From a cyanobacterium endosymbiont of Rhopalodia gibba (lineage in GTDB: Bacteria; Cyanobacteriota; Cyanobacteriia; Cyanobacteriales; Microcystaceae): a stretch of 64,000 bases of DNA. Within the stretch, counting starts at the first letter, position 1. Each line of letters starts with the position of its first letter. Of this stretch, positions 47,324-58,772 are shown in pieces. A program made the translations under genes and the position numbers. The notes under the pieces were generated by a model. That model was given only the letters and a program-made list of their open reading frames with translations, was not told the DNA's origin and searched no databases. The DNA is taken from contig CP067995.1 of NCBI GenBank assembly GCA_045159875.1, positions 1,664,001-1,728,000 on the forward strand, written 5' to 3'.

Positions 47324-47624
47324 TATGTAATTAAAATCTAAAAAATAATGCCAAAAATACGTAAATTTAAATAATGGCAAATGAAAGTATTTTTATTGTT
47401 TTAATTGTATAAATCAATCTACATTTACCAATACAAAATTAAGTTTTATATTGATTCATACTTATCTACTTAACACATACTTTCTGCTTTAAAATTAACA
47501 ACTTCATAGTTCACCAATATGATAACTTACATTAATTTTCCGAGATGTATGACAATTTAGAAAAATGAGCATAAATTTTGGAGAAATCCTAGAAATTAAT
47601 TTTTTTCCCAGAATTTTCATTAAG

Positions 47625-48536
47625 TTAATTAATAACAGCTTGTTCCAAAGAAATCGGAGAAATTCCTGCTAAATTTAAAATCTTAGGAATCAAATCTTCA
47701 CGTTTAACAGCCATAACATGAACTCCTTGACATAATTCTCTAGCTAGTTGTACTTGTTCAGCAGCAATTTTAACTCCTTCTTGCAAAGCGTCATCGGCAT
47801 TGGCCAACCTTTGGATAGTCGTTTCAGGAATTTTCACTCCGGGAACATTACGGTTAATAAAATTAGCATTTTTAGCTGATTTCAACAGAAAAATTCCCGC
47901 CAAAATTGGTTTACCCGTTCCTGCAGCTATTTGATGCATAAACTTATCTAATTGCTCAAAGTCTGTAATCAATTGACTCTGAAAAAATTGCGCTCCTGCG
48001 GCTAATTTTCGTTCGAACCTTCGTTGTAACCCAGACCAACTAGGGCATTGAGGATCAACTGCTGCCCCAGCAAATAAATCTAGGGGGTCATCGGGAAGAG
48101 ATTGATCATTAAAATCAACCCCACGATTAAGATTATTAATCATTTTGAGTAGTCGAACAGATTCCAGCTCAAATACCGTCTTTGCTTTCTTGTGATCGCC
48201 TGCATTAACTGGGTCACCAGTTAATGCCAAAACATTGCGTAATCCTAGAGCATAAGCCCCCATTAAGTCAGCTTGTAATCCAATTACATTACGATCACGG
48301 CAAGCAATCTGACAAATAGGTTCTATCCCATATTGTAACAACAAGGCTGAAGCTGCTATGGAAGACATTCGCAAGACAGCCCTACTTCCATCAGTTACGT
48401 TAATCCCATGAACTCTTCCTTTAAGTTTTTTAGCCATCTCCACCATACGGACAGGATTGCCTCCTTTTGGAGGAGTCACTTCTGCAGTAATTAGAAATTC
48501 TTTGTTTTGAACAGCTTGTCGAAAACGATTGATCAT
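47625..48536 (-). CDS. metF: Methylenetetrahydrofolate reductase
   Basis: TAEV.PPKG, NVTDGSRA, CRDRN..GLQADL.GA, LALTGDP and K..AGAQFFQSQ. Confidence 0.94.
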   Translation of the reverse strand: MINRFRQAVQNKEFLITAEVTPPKGGNPVRMVEMAKKLKGRVHGINVTDGSRAVLRMSSIAASALLLQYGIEPICQIACRDRNVIGLQADLMGAYALGLRNVLALTGDPVNAGDHKKAKTVFELESVRLLKMINNLNRGVDFNDQSLPDDPLDLFAGAAVDPQCPSWSGLQRRFERKLAAGAQFFQSQLITDFEQLDKFMHQIAAGTGKPILAGIFLLKSAKNANFINRNVPGVKIPETTIQRLANADDALQEGVKIAAEQVQLARELCQGVHVMAVKREDLIPKILNLAGISPISLEQAVIN

Positions 48537-48577
48537 GAGAATAATGACGAATAGAATTAAGGGTTTTTAGGTAGTTT

Positions 48578-49588
48578 TTAAAAAGAGGCTAAATATCCTA
48601 AAACTACTTTGACTCGTTCTAAAGTTTGATTAGCAACAGCTTCAGCTTTTTCTTTTCCCCCCTTCAAGACCGATTCTAAATAATCTTTATTGTTCATTAT
48701 TTCTTGAAATTTTACTTGAATAGGTCTAAGGGTTTCTACTGTTGTTTCACTCAGTAGAGGTTTAAATCTTCCCCATCCCATTCCTTGACATTCAAAGATT
48801 ACTTGTTCTTTCGTTTTCCCTGATAATAAACCGTACAATTTTAATAAGTTGTTACATTCAGGACGTTCTAGATTATCAAATTCTAAACCTAGAATATGGT
48901 CAGTTTTACAGCGTTTAATTTTTTTATTGATTAATTCAGGAGGGTCTAATAGATTGATTCGACTCATATCCGAGATATCAGATTTGGACATTTTACGAGT
49001 ACCATCAGTTAAACTCATGATTCTCGCACCTTCATTTCTTATTAAGGGTTCGGGGACCTTAACTACAGGTTTTTCAGGAGTAGCAAATTGATCATTTAAA
49101 CGAATGGCGATATCACGGGTTAATTCTAAATGCTGTTTCTGATCTGCTCCTACGGGAACGCAATCAGCATCGTACAGAAGAATGTCGGCAGCCATCAATA
49201 CGGGATAGTCAAGTAAGCCAACACTAACGTTCTCACCTTGTTTAAGTGCTTTGTCCTTGAACTGTATCATTCGTTCTAGCCAGTTGAGAGGGGTAATACA
49301 GTTTAGTAGCCAAGCAAGTTCGCTATGGGCTTTTACATGGGACTGGACAAAGATAGTCGCGTGCTCCAAATCAATACCACAGGCTAAGTAAAGAGCCGCA
49401 ATCGTATAGGTATTCTGGGCTAAAGTTTGAGGATCGTGGGGAACTGTAATAGCATGCAAGTCCACTACACAGAAGAAATTATCGTAATTTTTCTGAATCT
49501 GTACCCAATTGCTAATTGCCCCTAAATAGTTGCCTAAATGTAGATTGCCTGTGGGTTGAACCCCTGATAGTACTCGTTGTTTTCCCAT
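48578..49588 (-). CDS. trpS: Tryptophan--tRNA ligase
   Basis: SGVQPTGNLHLGNYLGA, YPVLMAADIL, VPVG.DQ.QHLE and KMSKS. Confidence 0.98.
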   Translation of the reverse strand: MGKQRVLSGVQPTGNLHLGNYLGAISNWVQIQKNYDNFFCVVDLHAITVPHDPQTLAQNTYTIAALYLACGIDLEHATIFVQSHVKAHSELAWLLNCITPLNWLERMIQFKDKALKQGENVSVGLLDYPVLMAADILLYDADCVPVGADQKQHLELTRDIAIRLNDQFATPEKPVVKVPEPLIRNEGARIMSLTDGTRKMSKSDISDMSRINLLDPPELINKKIKRCKTDHILGLEFDNLERPECNNLLKLYGLLSGKTKEQVIFECQGMGWGRFKPLLSETTVETLRPIQVKFQEIMNNKDYLESVLKGGKEKAEAVANQTLERVKVVLGYLASF

Positions 49589-49789
49589 TCTTGATTATAC
49601 TGTTAACGGTTATGGCTGACCCTTCATCATAGTAATTATCGACAACGCGAATGCATGCCTACATTCTTAAAACTAAAATCTGTCTTGTAACATTCAAGTA
49701 CCTTAATTGTCAAGGATAAAAGAGACAAAAAGCAAGAAGATTCCTTTGTGCTTAAAAGATTTAGGGGAACGAAAATTTGTTCCCCTAAT

Positions 49790-49940
49790 GTTAGTGATTT
49801 ATTACTCTGTTTTTTTATCTCGGTTTTGACGATGGCGAGCATACTACTGTAGCCTAGTTAGGTAACATGATCGTCGTCAACTAAGCTCAGCAACCCTAAA
49901 GCAACCAAAAAGCTTTATTGAGCACAGGCGTTGTCTCCAC
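49790..49940 (-). pseudogene. Decayed small membrane protein gene immediately downstream of petN
   Basis: GTG 3 nt after the petN stop, reading VETTPVLNKAF.. then a frameshifted hydrophobic stretch and YLTRLQ*YARHRQNRD. This resembles the YLT..EWRDRRR small protein I recall next to petN in cyanobacteria. Confidence 0.45.
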
Positions 49941-49943
49941 TGC

Positions 49944-50033
49944 TTAGAAACCATTACGACCCCATACAACCATTGCTAGAGACCAGGTAAATAAGGCTAA
50001 AATGCCAACCCAACCGAGAGCCAAAATATCCAT
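49944..50033 (-). CDS. petN: Cytochrome b6f subunit PetN (29 aa, not in ORF track)
   Basis: [29 protein letters not shown]. Confidence 0.97.
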   Translation of the reverse strand: MDILALGWVGILALFTWSLAMVVWGRNGF

Positions 50034-51090
50034 AGTTGTTTATGTCTGTGACTAATGCACTTGTTCAAAATTACAGACTCTATAATACTTCTATTAGGTG
50101 AAGTTATGGAAGATCATAGGAAAACAAATGTCGGACTTAAGAATGTCTTAAATCGCTCAAAGTAGGGAATTTAAAGTTTATCACTTTTACGGAAATTACC
50201 CAATAGTCAGGATGATTAATTACTTTCTGATCAAATTAAACCCCTTAAAATTTTTAACACTGGGGTTAAGATCGGCGCTCACTTTGTTGAGTGTATTTTT
50301 GTTTGTGGTCACTTGCTATCACACTATTCGCCTCTATAACAATGATTATCTCAGAAATTGAACAATTATGGCTTTTGGGTGAGTTTCTGGATTTGTTCTC
50401 GTAAAAGTATCTTCAAATTTGATTCATAACTCGATGTAATTAAGTTTGTTAACTTTCAAGAGTCTTTTGGGCTTTACAATTACTTATTTTTACCTAAATT
50501 TAGCTTTTTATTATTTAGAAATAATACTTTTTACTAAATTTTTAGCATTAATTTAATTAAAAAATATGGATGTTTTAAACTGTATATAACTAGAAAATGA
50601 AATAGGTTATAATCTTTAATAAGTTCACTGAACTGCATTAATAGAAGATAATGAATTCTTAACAGTTTTACTCTCATGAAGATTAACTATATCTACTTCG
50701 TCAGAAGATGAAGACTGCAGTCCTTAATATATAAATAATAATTATTTATAATATTTTTTGACATTTTTATCCTATTTTTAATGATTCTAAATTTAATTTT
50801 TTTTAGATTTTAATATAATATTTTTACCCCTTTTTTTACCCTAAAAAAATTTTTTAGGTTGTAATTTAAGTTTGACAGTTCTTTCTCTTTTAATTATGCT
50901 AACTCAACTTTGAGCAAACTAACATCTAAAAATTATTTTTTTTGACTGTCTTTCTATTTTAGGCTTATTTAAGCTTACCTATTTAACAGTTATAGAACCA
51001 ATTTTCCTAGGTCTTCGTCTTACATAAATAGGATATACCCATCAATTTATCCTAAATATACGAAGAATATTGCTCATAATTCAGCAACAT

Positions 51091-51579
51091 TTAATTACCC
51101 ACCATCTGCTGTACCTTTTTTTGTAATTTACGATCTTGGGAGATAATGGTTTCAATCTGCTGAAAACGCTTGATTTCTAATCCCTGAGACTGGACTATGC
51201 GCTCTTTTTTTTGTTCTGTATTAACGATAATCTCTTCTACTTCACTCATAGTTTTTTGAAATTTCTCTAGTTCCTCTAGTGAAGCCTGAAGTCCAGTTGC
51301 ATAATTATAGTTCTTATGACTTTGTCCGATTTCCATAAATCGTTCGTAACTTAGTCCTCCTTTTTTTATTGTTATTGCCATTTTTCGTTGAGTTCTATAG
51401 TCAATTTCTCGAAATTGCTGTAGAATTTGAGCAAATTGTCTCAGTTCTAAGGGGCTAATTTCTGAATGTTCGGACTCAAAAAACTGCGGGGTTCTAACCT
51501 CAATTTGACCATGAACAGGTAGGGATATAAATAAGGAAAAAACTCCTGTAATTCCTCCGACCATAATTAGTTTAAGCAT
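51091..51579 (-). CDS. DUF4168 domain exported protein
   Basis: Signal peptide, IS..EL.QFA, GLS.ERF.EI and GL...RF..I...D..LQ.KVQ. Confidence 0.8.
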   Translation of the reverse strand: MLKLIMVGGITGVFSLFISLPVHGQIEVRTPQFFESEHSEISPLELRQFAQILQQFREIDYRTQRKMAITIKKGGLSYERFMEIGQSHKNYNYATGLQASLEELEKFQKTMSEVEEIIVNTEQKKERIVQSQGLEIKRFQQIETIISQDRKLQKKVQQMVGN

Positions 51580-53540
51580 TAGATGAATTCACTTTGTTGA
51601 TTGTTGATAAATGTATAAAAATCTCAATTTTTCTCAAACGTTAACACAGTCATCCTGAAAATTGCAAGTCACTAGTTTGTGAGCAGTTGTATTATCGAGC
51701 TATAATGGTTAGATGTCCAACTTTTTCGAGATTATGATCTCTGATAGTATAGTTAATTTCTAGATTTTAGGTCCTGATGAAACTGTATCGCTAAAATTTC
51801 TTTATCTGTCTCTAGTTCGTCTTCTAGACTATTTTAGTGACACCGTTGCTTGGGAATAATTGACAAAGATGTAAGCCATGTTTCCTCCAAACATATTCCA
51901 GAGCTTTCCTAAATTCCTGTCCTCAGGAACAGAGACGAGAGAAAAAATAATAAGTTCAGCAAAGAAACAACAAAACTTCCAACAACTTTGGCATATATTT
52001 TTACTCTTTTTTTAAGTTTCTAAAGTATATTTTTAATATATTTCTTATTTCATAAAATTTTCCTCTCTATATCTTGGTCTCTGACTCTGAGTAATAATGG
52101 TGTCTGAGTTTTTTAAAATAGTCCCATTCTCTCTATCCTCAAGCTCTTTAAACACAATTTTTTTTATATCCAACGAGCTACTTTTAATCCTATCTATATT
52201 TGTATATCTATAGATTTTTATGTTAATTTATGGGGCAAATTTTCAAGTAGTCTATCAATCAAGGAAAATTTCTTTCCTCTTCTTTGCCTCAAATCATTAT
52301 TTTTTATATCTTTCTACTTTTTGCAAAAAATTATATTTTTGAAATTTTTTCCACTATAATTACAGAATATTGCTATAGAGAACGCACTATTTTTAGGTAT
52401 TTATTTCTGAGATATTTTTAAAATTCACCATTTTTTTGAGCTACATGATTTTACTCTATAAGCATTGTTTCTATCTAGATTATTTTACCACCTTTATTAA
52501 GTAATATTTGACAATCAAATCTAGTATTTTTTAAAAAAAAATAGTGTTTAACTAAATTACTTTTGTAATAGGTGAATAACAACCAGGTACCCTAATAAGC
52601 TTTTCGAAGAAGACAACAGACAATAGTTCTTCTCTCCTGGAGATTAAATCAAGAAAAACTAAAATTACGGGTATCAATAATAACACAATAAACCAGATTC
52701 AATTTATGTAATTTAAATTTACGTAATAGAAAACATAAATATTCGTAAACTTTTTTGGAAAAATCAAGTTTTTTGATAATTAGTTAGTTTTTAAAACCTG
52801 CTACTTTTTTTTACTCTTAATAAGAAGTATATTTTTTAAAGTTTTTATGGCTCATCAAATTAGTTTTTATATCTATTTTTTTGTTTTTTAGCACGGTAAG
52901 AAGTTTTAAATTTAGTATTTTTTGTCCACTTTAGTAAAAGTATTACTAAATTTTTGATCATTATCAGGAGATTTTCCAACCTTTAATCCTCTATCTAAAT
53001 TAATTCCAATTTTCTTGAGATAGTTAACTTGTTGATTTACCTAATCCCTTTTAAAGAAACGACTGTAATAGATTAATAAAATAAACTGGTATTTTGTCGT
53101 AATGGAACTTCTAACTCAAACCAGCAATGTAACCCATCATTAAATAGTAAAATCCTATCTATCGGAATGTGCAACTTTCTTAAGTTTAGTTTTTCTAAGA
53201 CTTTTTTTAAGGATTTAAAAATAATATTTACATAAATAATAGTAGTAATTGCGCTAAAGCTCTGATTTTGTAGATTTTTTGAGGCATAGTTGGCTATTGT
53301 ATTAATTTTACTTTTGTTTATGCCTTGCTGTGTTTACTGTCAAAGTACAAAAATTTTATTAAGTAACGGCACTAAAAAAACACATAGTTACATAATATTT
53401 TTGTTTGGTATAAATACTCCAGATTGCTGGGAAAATATCTTAAAACTCAATCATAGCTTGAGTTTCTATTTAGTAATAGAGCTTTTGTTAGACTAAATTT
53501 CACATTGGCTATTAAGAACTAAAGTTATTTCTTATAATAG

Positions 53541-53633
53541 AAATTATGGTTTATTATAAAATTCATATAACTAATTTTTTTAGATAATAATTTTGATTAT
53601 AAACCATAATTTAGTCAAAATTATTATCTAAAA
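53541..53633. repeat. Two interleaved perfect inverted repeats (A-B-A'-B')
   Basis: A = AAATTATGGTTTAT 53541-53554, with A' at 53599-53612. B = TTTTAGATAATAATTTTGA 53578-53596, with B' at 53615-53633. Confidence 0.9.
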
Positions 53634-53823
53634 TAACGTATAAAATTTAAGTTTAATTTTTAGCATGCTATCTTTCATTATTTTACAAATATATGACAAG
53701 AGGAATACAGATTGCTGAACAAAGCAGAAATTGACTAAGTATTAGCAATACTAATAGTAAGTTAAAAAACATGAAAAATAAAAAAATACTTTAAAGAAAA
53801 AATTATAAAATTTAAAAAAATTA

Positions 53824-53862
53824 AATTACCTTATATTTTATTTCGTAAAATATAAGGTAATT
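53824..53862. repeat. Perfect inverted repeat, 17-bp arms
   Basis: AATTACCTTATATTTTA-TTTCG-TAAAATATAAGGTAATT. Confidence 0.9.
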
Positions 53863-54699
53863 CGGGGCATAAACGGAAATAATTTAATTTTATAAAATTT
53901 TAATTAACTATTAACAGATAGCTCAATTAGATATTGTCAGTATTTTTAAGAAAAAACCCAATAATTTTATTAATAGCTCTTTTACATTTTCATAATATCT
54001 ATCTAACATTTTTTAAAATAAAAATTAAAACTAGGACTATTTTTAAAAAAATTTCCAATTAATTAGTGAACACTAGGATTTTTTTTGATCTACTTTGATT
54101 AAATTTTCTTTCCAATTGCCAATAAACTATTTTTAACAAACGTCATAAAACTTAGGCAAATCAACTTTTTAAGTCACATTTATTACTTTTTTTAACTTTT
54201 TTAAATTTTTAATAAAGTTATCTAAAGCCAAGATATAAAATTGATCATAAGATAATTTATTTATAGTGTTTTATAAGCGGAAATAAGAATATTAATTATC
54301 TGCTAATTAACCTAGAAATTGAGTTAATCATGCCATTGTATTTATTGTTATGTACTAGCTTTGTTATAGCAAATTTTCTTGAAGCTGTTGATTGTTATAT
54401 TGCACCATAGTTAAGTATTCTTAAGAGTTATTTTAAGCTTATATAATTTAATCTAAACGATACACAATAGCGCTATTAGATATTTACTATTAGACATTAA
54501 TCTCCCTTCGGAAGAGAGAATTTCAGATCTAGTAACAGATAACATCAAAAATTTGAGTTAGAATTAGCATCTGTTGCAACTGTTTCTTTTCTTTTTCTAT
54601 AGACGATGGGTTCAATAGTGTGTCCATACTTTTTCTAGTTTTCTTTGTTGCCTTAAAGGACCTACAATAAAATGATTAGCCACCCTAATTTATGCTCTA

Positions 54700-57140
54700 A
54701 ACTTTAGATTTAACACTATTTTGAGAGCTGAATTGTAATTTGATAGTGACAGGGTTGGGATGCCAAACCTGCTCACAATATTTTTGAACAGAGCAATCAC
54801 TGAAAAACTTACCCATTTGTGCCAGGTCTAAAATAGACATCCGACTTCAATAGTCTTAATCCTTGTTTGCTTTATTCACCTTTTTTTGATAGTCAATATA
54901 GAATTGATAATCTGCCAATAAAAGACAAGAATAATCGTACATTAAATTATTAATAATTAGTTTAAATAAATTAAGTTAATGAGTTTTTAAAAAAATTTGG
55001 TTTCTTTATAAAGATTACAATAAATATAGCATGATAATTTTACCTCAGTAACTTTTAACCTGGTTAACTTAAATAATACCAAGTTTTCTTCTGTGACTTC
55101 TTCTTTAATTTCTATACTAGGATCATCGAAGGTCCTAATAGTTAACGCGCCATTAAGGAAAAATTTCATACTACTTGTTCCTAATACTTCTTCTCCGGTG
55201 GTAGAAATTTGTTCGAAATCAGCTACTGGATAAACTCGTTGTCCTAAAGGAATATTATAATTAGGAAGGAAAACAACTTTTAGGTAATCACTGATATCAG
55301 GAGCATTATTCACCAAATCCCCTACCGATGTAATTAACTTATATAATTGGCTGAAGCATAAAATATTCTGGAGTAGCTTTATCACCAAAAATAAAAGTAC
55401 AAGAGACAATATATAAATTGGAATCATACTTCAGACTCTTGAGAAGAGTAATGATATGTAAGACATTCAAATGTTGATGTTTGTATTTGTGAATTTGCTT
55501 AACTTGGATTTTCTGTTGGGATGTAATTAACTAAATCTCGCTTGGCTGCACACCATTGATTAAGAAAAGACGAATTATTTACAAACTCTTCTAATTTCCG
55601 TAATTCATTGAGATGTTTAATACAATTCTCTCCAATTTTTTCTTTAATTAACCCGGTTAGTCTGCGGTTATTTTAAACTACATAACGACGAGGAATGACC
55701 TCATTGGTAATGTCGATAAATTTTTCGGGAAACAATTCATAAAAGTCACACAATACGGTTTTTTTAAGTAATTCTCAATGTAGAGATGTAATCGTATGGG
55801 AGTTCACACAAGCTAAATTAGCCATACGAACATATTTGTTCTACGTTCATCGATAAGAAAAAGATTGTAAAGGTTTTCGGTCTTACCTAAAAAATTAATG
55901 TGAGTACGCTCGAGAAATCGTTGATTAATTTTGTAGATAATTTCTATAAGTAGAGGAAATAACCAACTTAAAATACTCAAAGGACATTTTTTAAACGCTT
56001 TAGGCAATAGGGTATATTTCGCCTAAGCAAAGGTATTGTAGATGATCTCCCAAGCTTAATTTTAGTTATAATAATGGATATCCACTAATAACTAACTGTA
56101 TTAAATCAGCCACTCCTAAAGCAGGACGAGTATCATTTAGTTGAGCTGCTGATTGTTTGTGAAAATTGTATAAGTTGAAGTTTTTCATGAAATGAATGCG
56201 AATCATATTCTGTAGAGAACAGGAGACAAAAAATATTGTTGTTGCAGCTGTAATTTTTTTTCTTGAATTAGTTCATCGTTAGGATGAAGTGCTTTACTGA
56301 TGGTTTCCCAGCTGACTTTACTATTTACTGTTCAGTAGTAGTTTCCTAAGTTAAGTCCTTGAAAATTAAAGGATTTACAGGCTTCTGATTTCCCTAACCG
56401 TAGGGTGTTGGCGGTGTTAACTTTGTGTCCTAAAACGGGGTATTGTAAAGAATTTCTGTAACTACATAGTCAGGAATCCAATGGACTCGCTAGGAGGCTC
56501 CACACCTATTAGGATAGGGTTCTGTATGATCTCCAGAATTAACAATAATAACTAAAATTTAAGGACGGGCAACGTTCTAGGAATTACGATGTTGCAGCTA
56601 TTTATCAGTAATTTTAACTTGTTAACCGTCATGAACTTCTTTGTTAAAAATCCTAAATTTGTAGCGAATTCTATAGCCAACAGCTGTAATTTCTAGTCTC
56701 GATAAAGAGTCCATATAACAAGCAGCTAATCTCCCTAACTGCCCACTTTTTTATTTAGCTTCTTTCTCGTAATTAATTAATTTTTTAAGATTTATTCTTT
56801 ATTTTTTTATTACTTCGCAAATGTATTTTTCAATATTTAGGGTAGTTAAATTATCACTTAAATAGGAACTAACTAAAAACTCTGCTGATAGGTAGTAGAC
56901 GACTTTAATATTTATTTCTTAGATTAGTTTAGACCGTATTTAATCACCGTTGAAAGAAGTAATCACGGACAGTATAAGCTAATGCAATGCAGAAATTATT
57001 TATTGTCGCAACAGCTGGAAATTTTCCATGAATGTAAAAAAAATTATCGAAGATCGCTCATCAAAGAGTTTCTCTCTCTAATCCAGAGTGATTATCTTTT
57101 GTTGAAAATTCTCTCGATGAAGATGCATTCATTAGTTTTT
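54700..57140 (-). pseudogene. glgP: Glycogen phosphorylase pseudogene
   Basis: Fragments in order: [24 protein letters not shown] (~56705-56750), AQLNDTRPALGVADL (~56103-56150), KVVFLPNYN..LGQRVYP.AD, EQISTTGEEVLGTSSMKFFLNGALTI (decayed PLP motif) and SILDLAQMGKFFSDCSVQKYC. Many stops and frameshifts. Confidence 0.93.
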
Positions 57141-57394
57141 TGTCACCTTCTTTACTTAGACAATAGATAATTCTTAGTTTAAAATAAGTTGTTTCTAAAA
57201 TAATATTGAAGAAATCTCAAAATCCTTATTGAAGTTAAAAAGGGAGAAATTTAGGTTAGGTTATTGAATAATTTCTTCTAAATTAATGATTAAAAATTCG
57301 CGTTATTTATAGATATTCTGACATGTTTCCCAGTCAAATCAAAACCCATAATGGTATAGTATGCCAATGAAATGTTGGTAAACTCAAACTAGAC

Positions 57395-57919
57395 TTAGTT
57401 TTTCATAAGTTTGAGAACTTCTCTCTGAAAGAAAGGATTGTTTTGAACTTTAGTGGCGATCTCATTAAACTCCCGGATGGTAAATCCTTGAGATTTTACC
57501 AATTCCCGTTGTCTGAGTAGATCTTCTTGAGCAATTTTTTTAATTTCGGGAAAAACATTCTCAAATTTTTTAAGCTCTTCATCTGAAAAGTTGCCTAGAG
57601 ACACTCCTGTGTCACTCTTTCCTTGAGCAATTTCTCGAAAACGTTGCCGGCTTAATCCTTCACCTTCAAGAACTTTAAGCATTTTTTGTGTTGTTTCTTG
57701 GGCTAAACTTCGTTGTTTTTTGATAGTTATAGCAAATTTCTCCAAGTCTTTGGCAGTAAGATTTTCAGAAGTCTGAGCTATGGTATATCCCTGAGTTATC
57801 TGCTTAAATTCACTTCTTAATACATAGTCTTCGGTTTGACTCCACGCTGAAAGTCTTCTTACTCCCAATAGTAAAAGTAATACTCCGATAAACTGTCCTA
57901 AAAGCAGTTTTTGAAACAT
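57395..57919 (-). CDS. DUF4168 domain exported protein (paralog of 51091-51579)
   Basis: Signal peptide, LT..DLEKFA, EGLSRQRF.EI, FSDEELKKF and G.T..EFNEI...VQ.NP. Confidence 0.8.
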   Translation of the reverse strand: MFQKLLLGQFIGVLLLLLGVRRLSAWSQTEDYVLRSEFKQITQGYTIAQTSENLTAKDLEKFAITIKKQRSLAQETTQKMLKVLEGEGLSRQRFREIAQGKSDTGVSLGNFSDEELKKFENVFPEIKKIAQEDLLRQRELVKSQGFTIREFNEIATKVQNNPFFQREVLKLMKN

Positions 57920-58772
57920 TGTATGATTTCCTTAAAAATATAAACTTGTGGCTATCTGTCAATCTCAGATAGTTCTTTTGTCCTCTATTCATTGATAATG
58001 CAAAGAGTACTGTTAATTTTAACAACTCTTAGTTCAAAAAAGAGACAATATGTAGGAACATCGAAAATATTTTTATTTTTTTTAATTTAATCTTATTCAA
58101 AAAATCCTTTTTTATGTAAACGACCACTCCTATTACGAATTAAATAATTTGTTTATTATTATCTAGTTAAATAGATATTATCTAAATTGCCGTAGTGCCA
58201 TACTAAATTCTTGATTTAAAGTTAATTTAATATATTTGATAAATATTTTTAATGTTAACATTAGCCAATATTAGACTAATAAAAATTGACTAATATATGT
58301 AATATACATTACATAGAGATACAGTTTAGCTGTTAATTGATTGTTCTTGAGAAAGCTTCTTCATTTTCTATACAGAATTAAACATCAGGTTCAATATCTG
58401 TTAATTTTTAAAATTTAAGGGCAATTTTATAAAAACAATCTCGGACTTTTCTGGTTCCCGTAATAAAATTTTAACTAAGCCTCAAAGAGTACAGATTTGC
58501 TTCTTATGATTTAACTAAAGATGACACGAGATTATTTTTTTTAAAAACCACTAGAAAAATACTTTATTGGCGGATATCTAGAAATTTTTTATAGTCTTTT
58601 AATCTCTAATGTAAGAAGACAATTTTACTGACTAAAGTTAGTATTAAAATACCTTGGTTGATAGTAATAAATATACTTTCTATCAAACTTAATAGTTTTG
58701 CATAATCAATGGAATTTGACTGTTATACTAAACTCTAGATCAAAGGGTAGCATTGCTCATCTTAGAAAAGAA

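Noticed and set aside
50100..53500. Coding-like remnants at 50100-50450 and 51700-53300, and ORF 53290
   Set aside because: No confident family assignment by eye.
54987..57170. ORFs 54987-55427, 55813-56007 and 56982-57170
   Set aside because: Fragments or antisense shadows of the glgP pseudogene.
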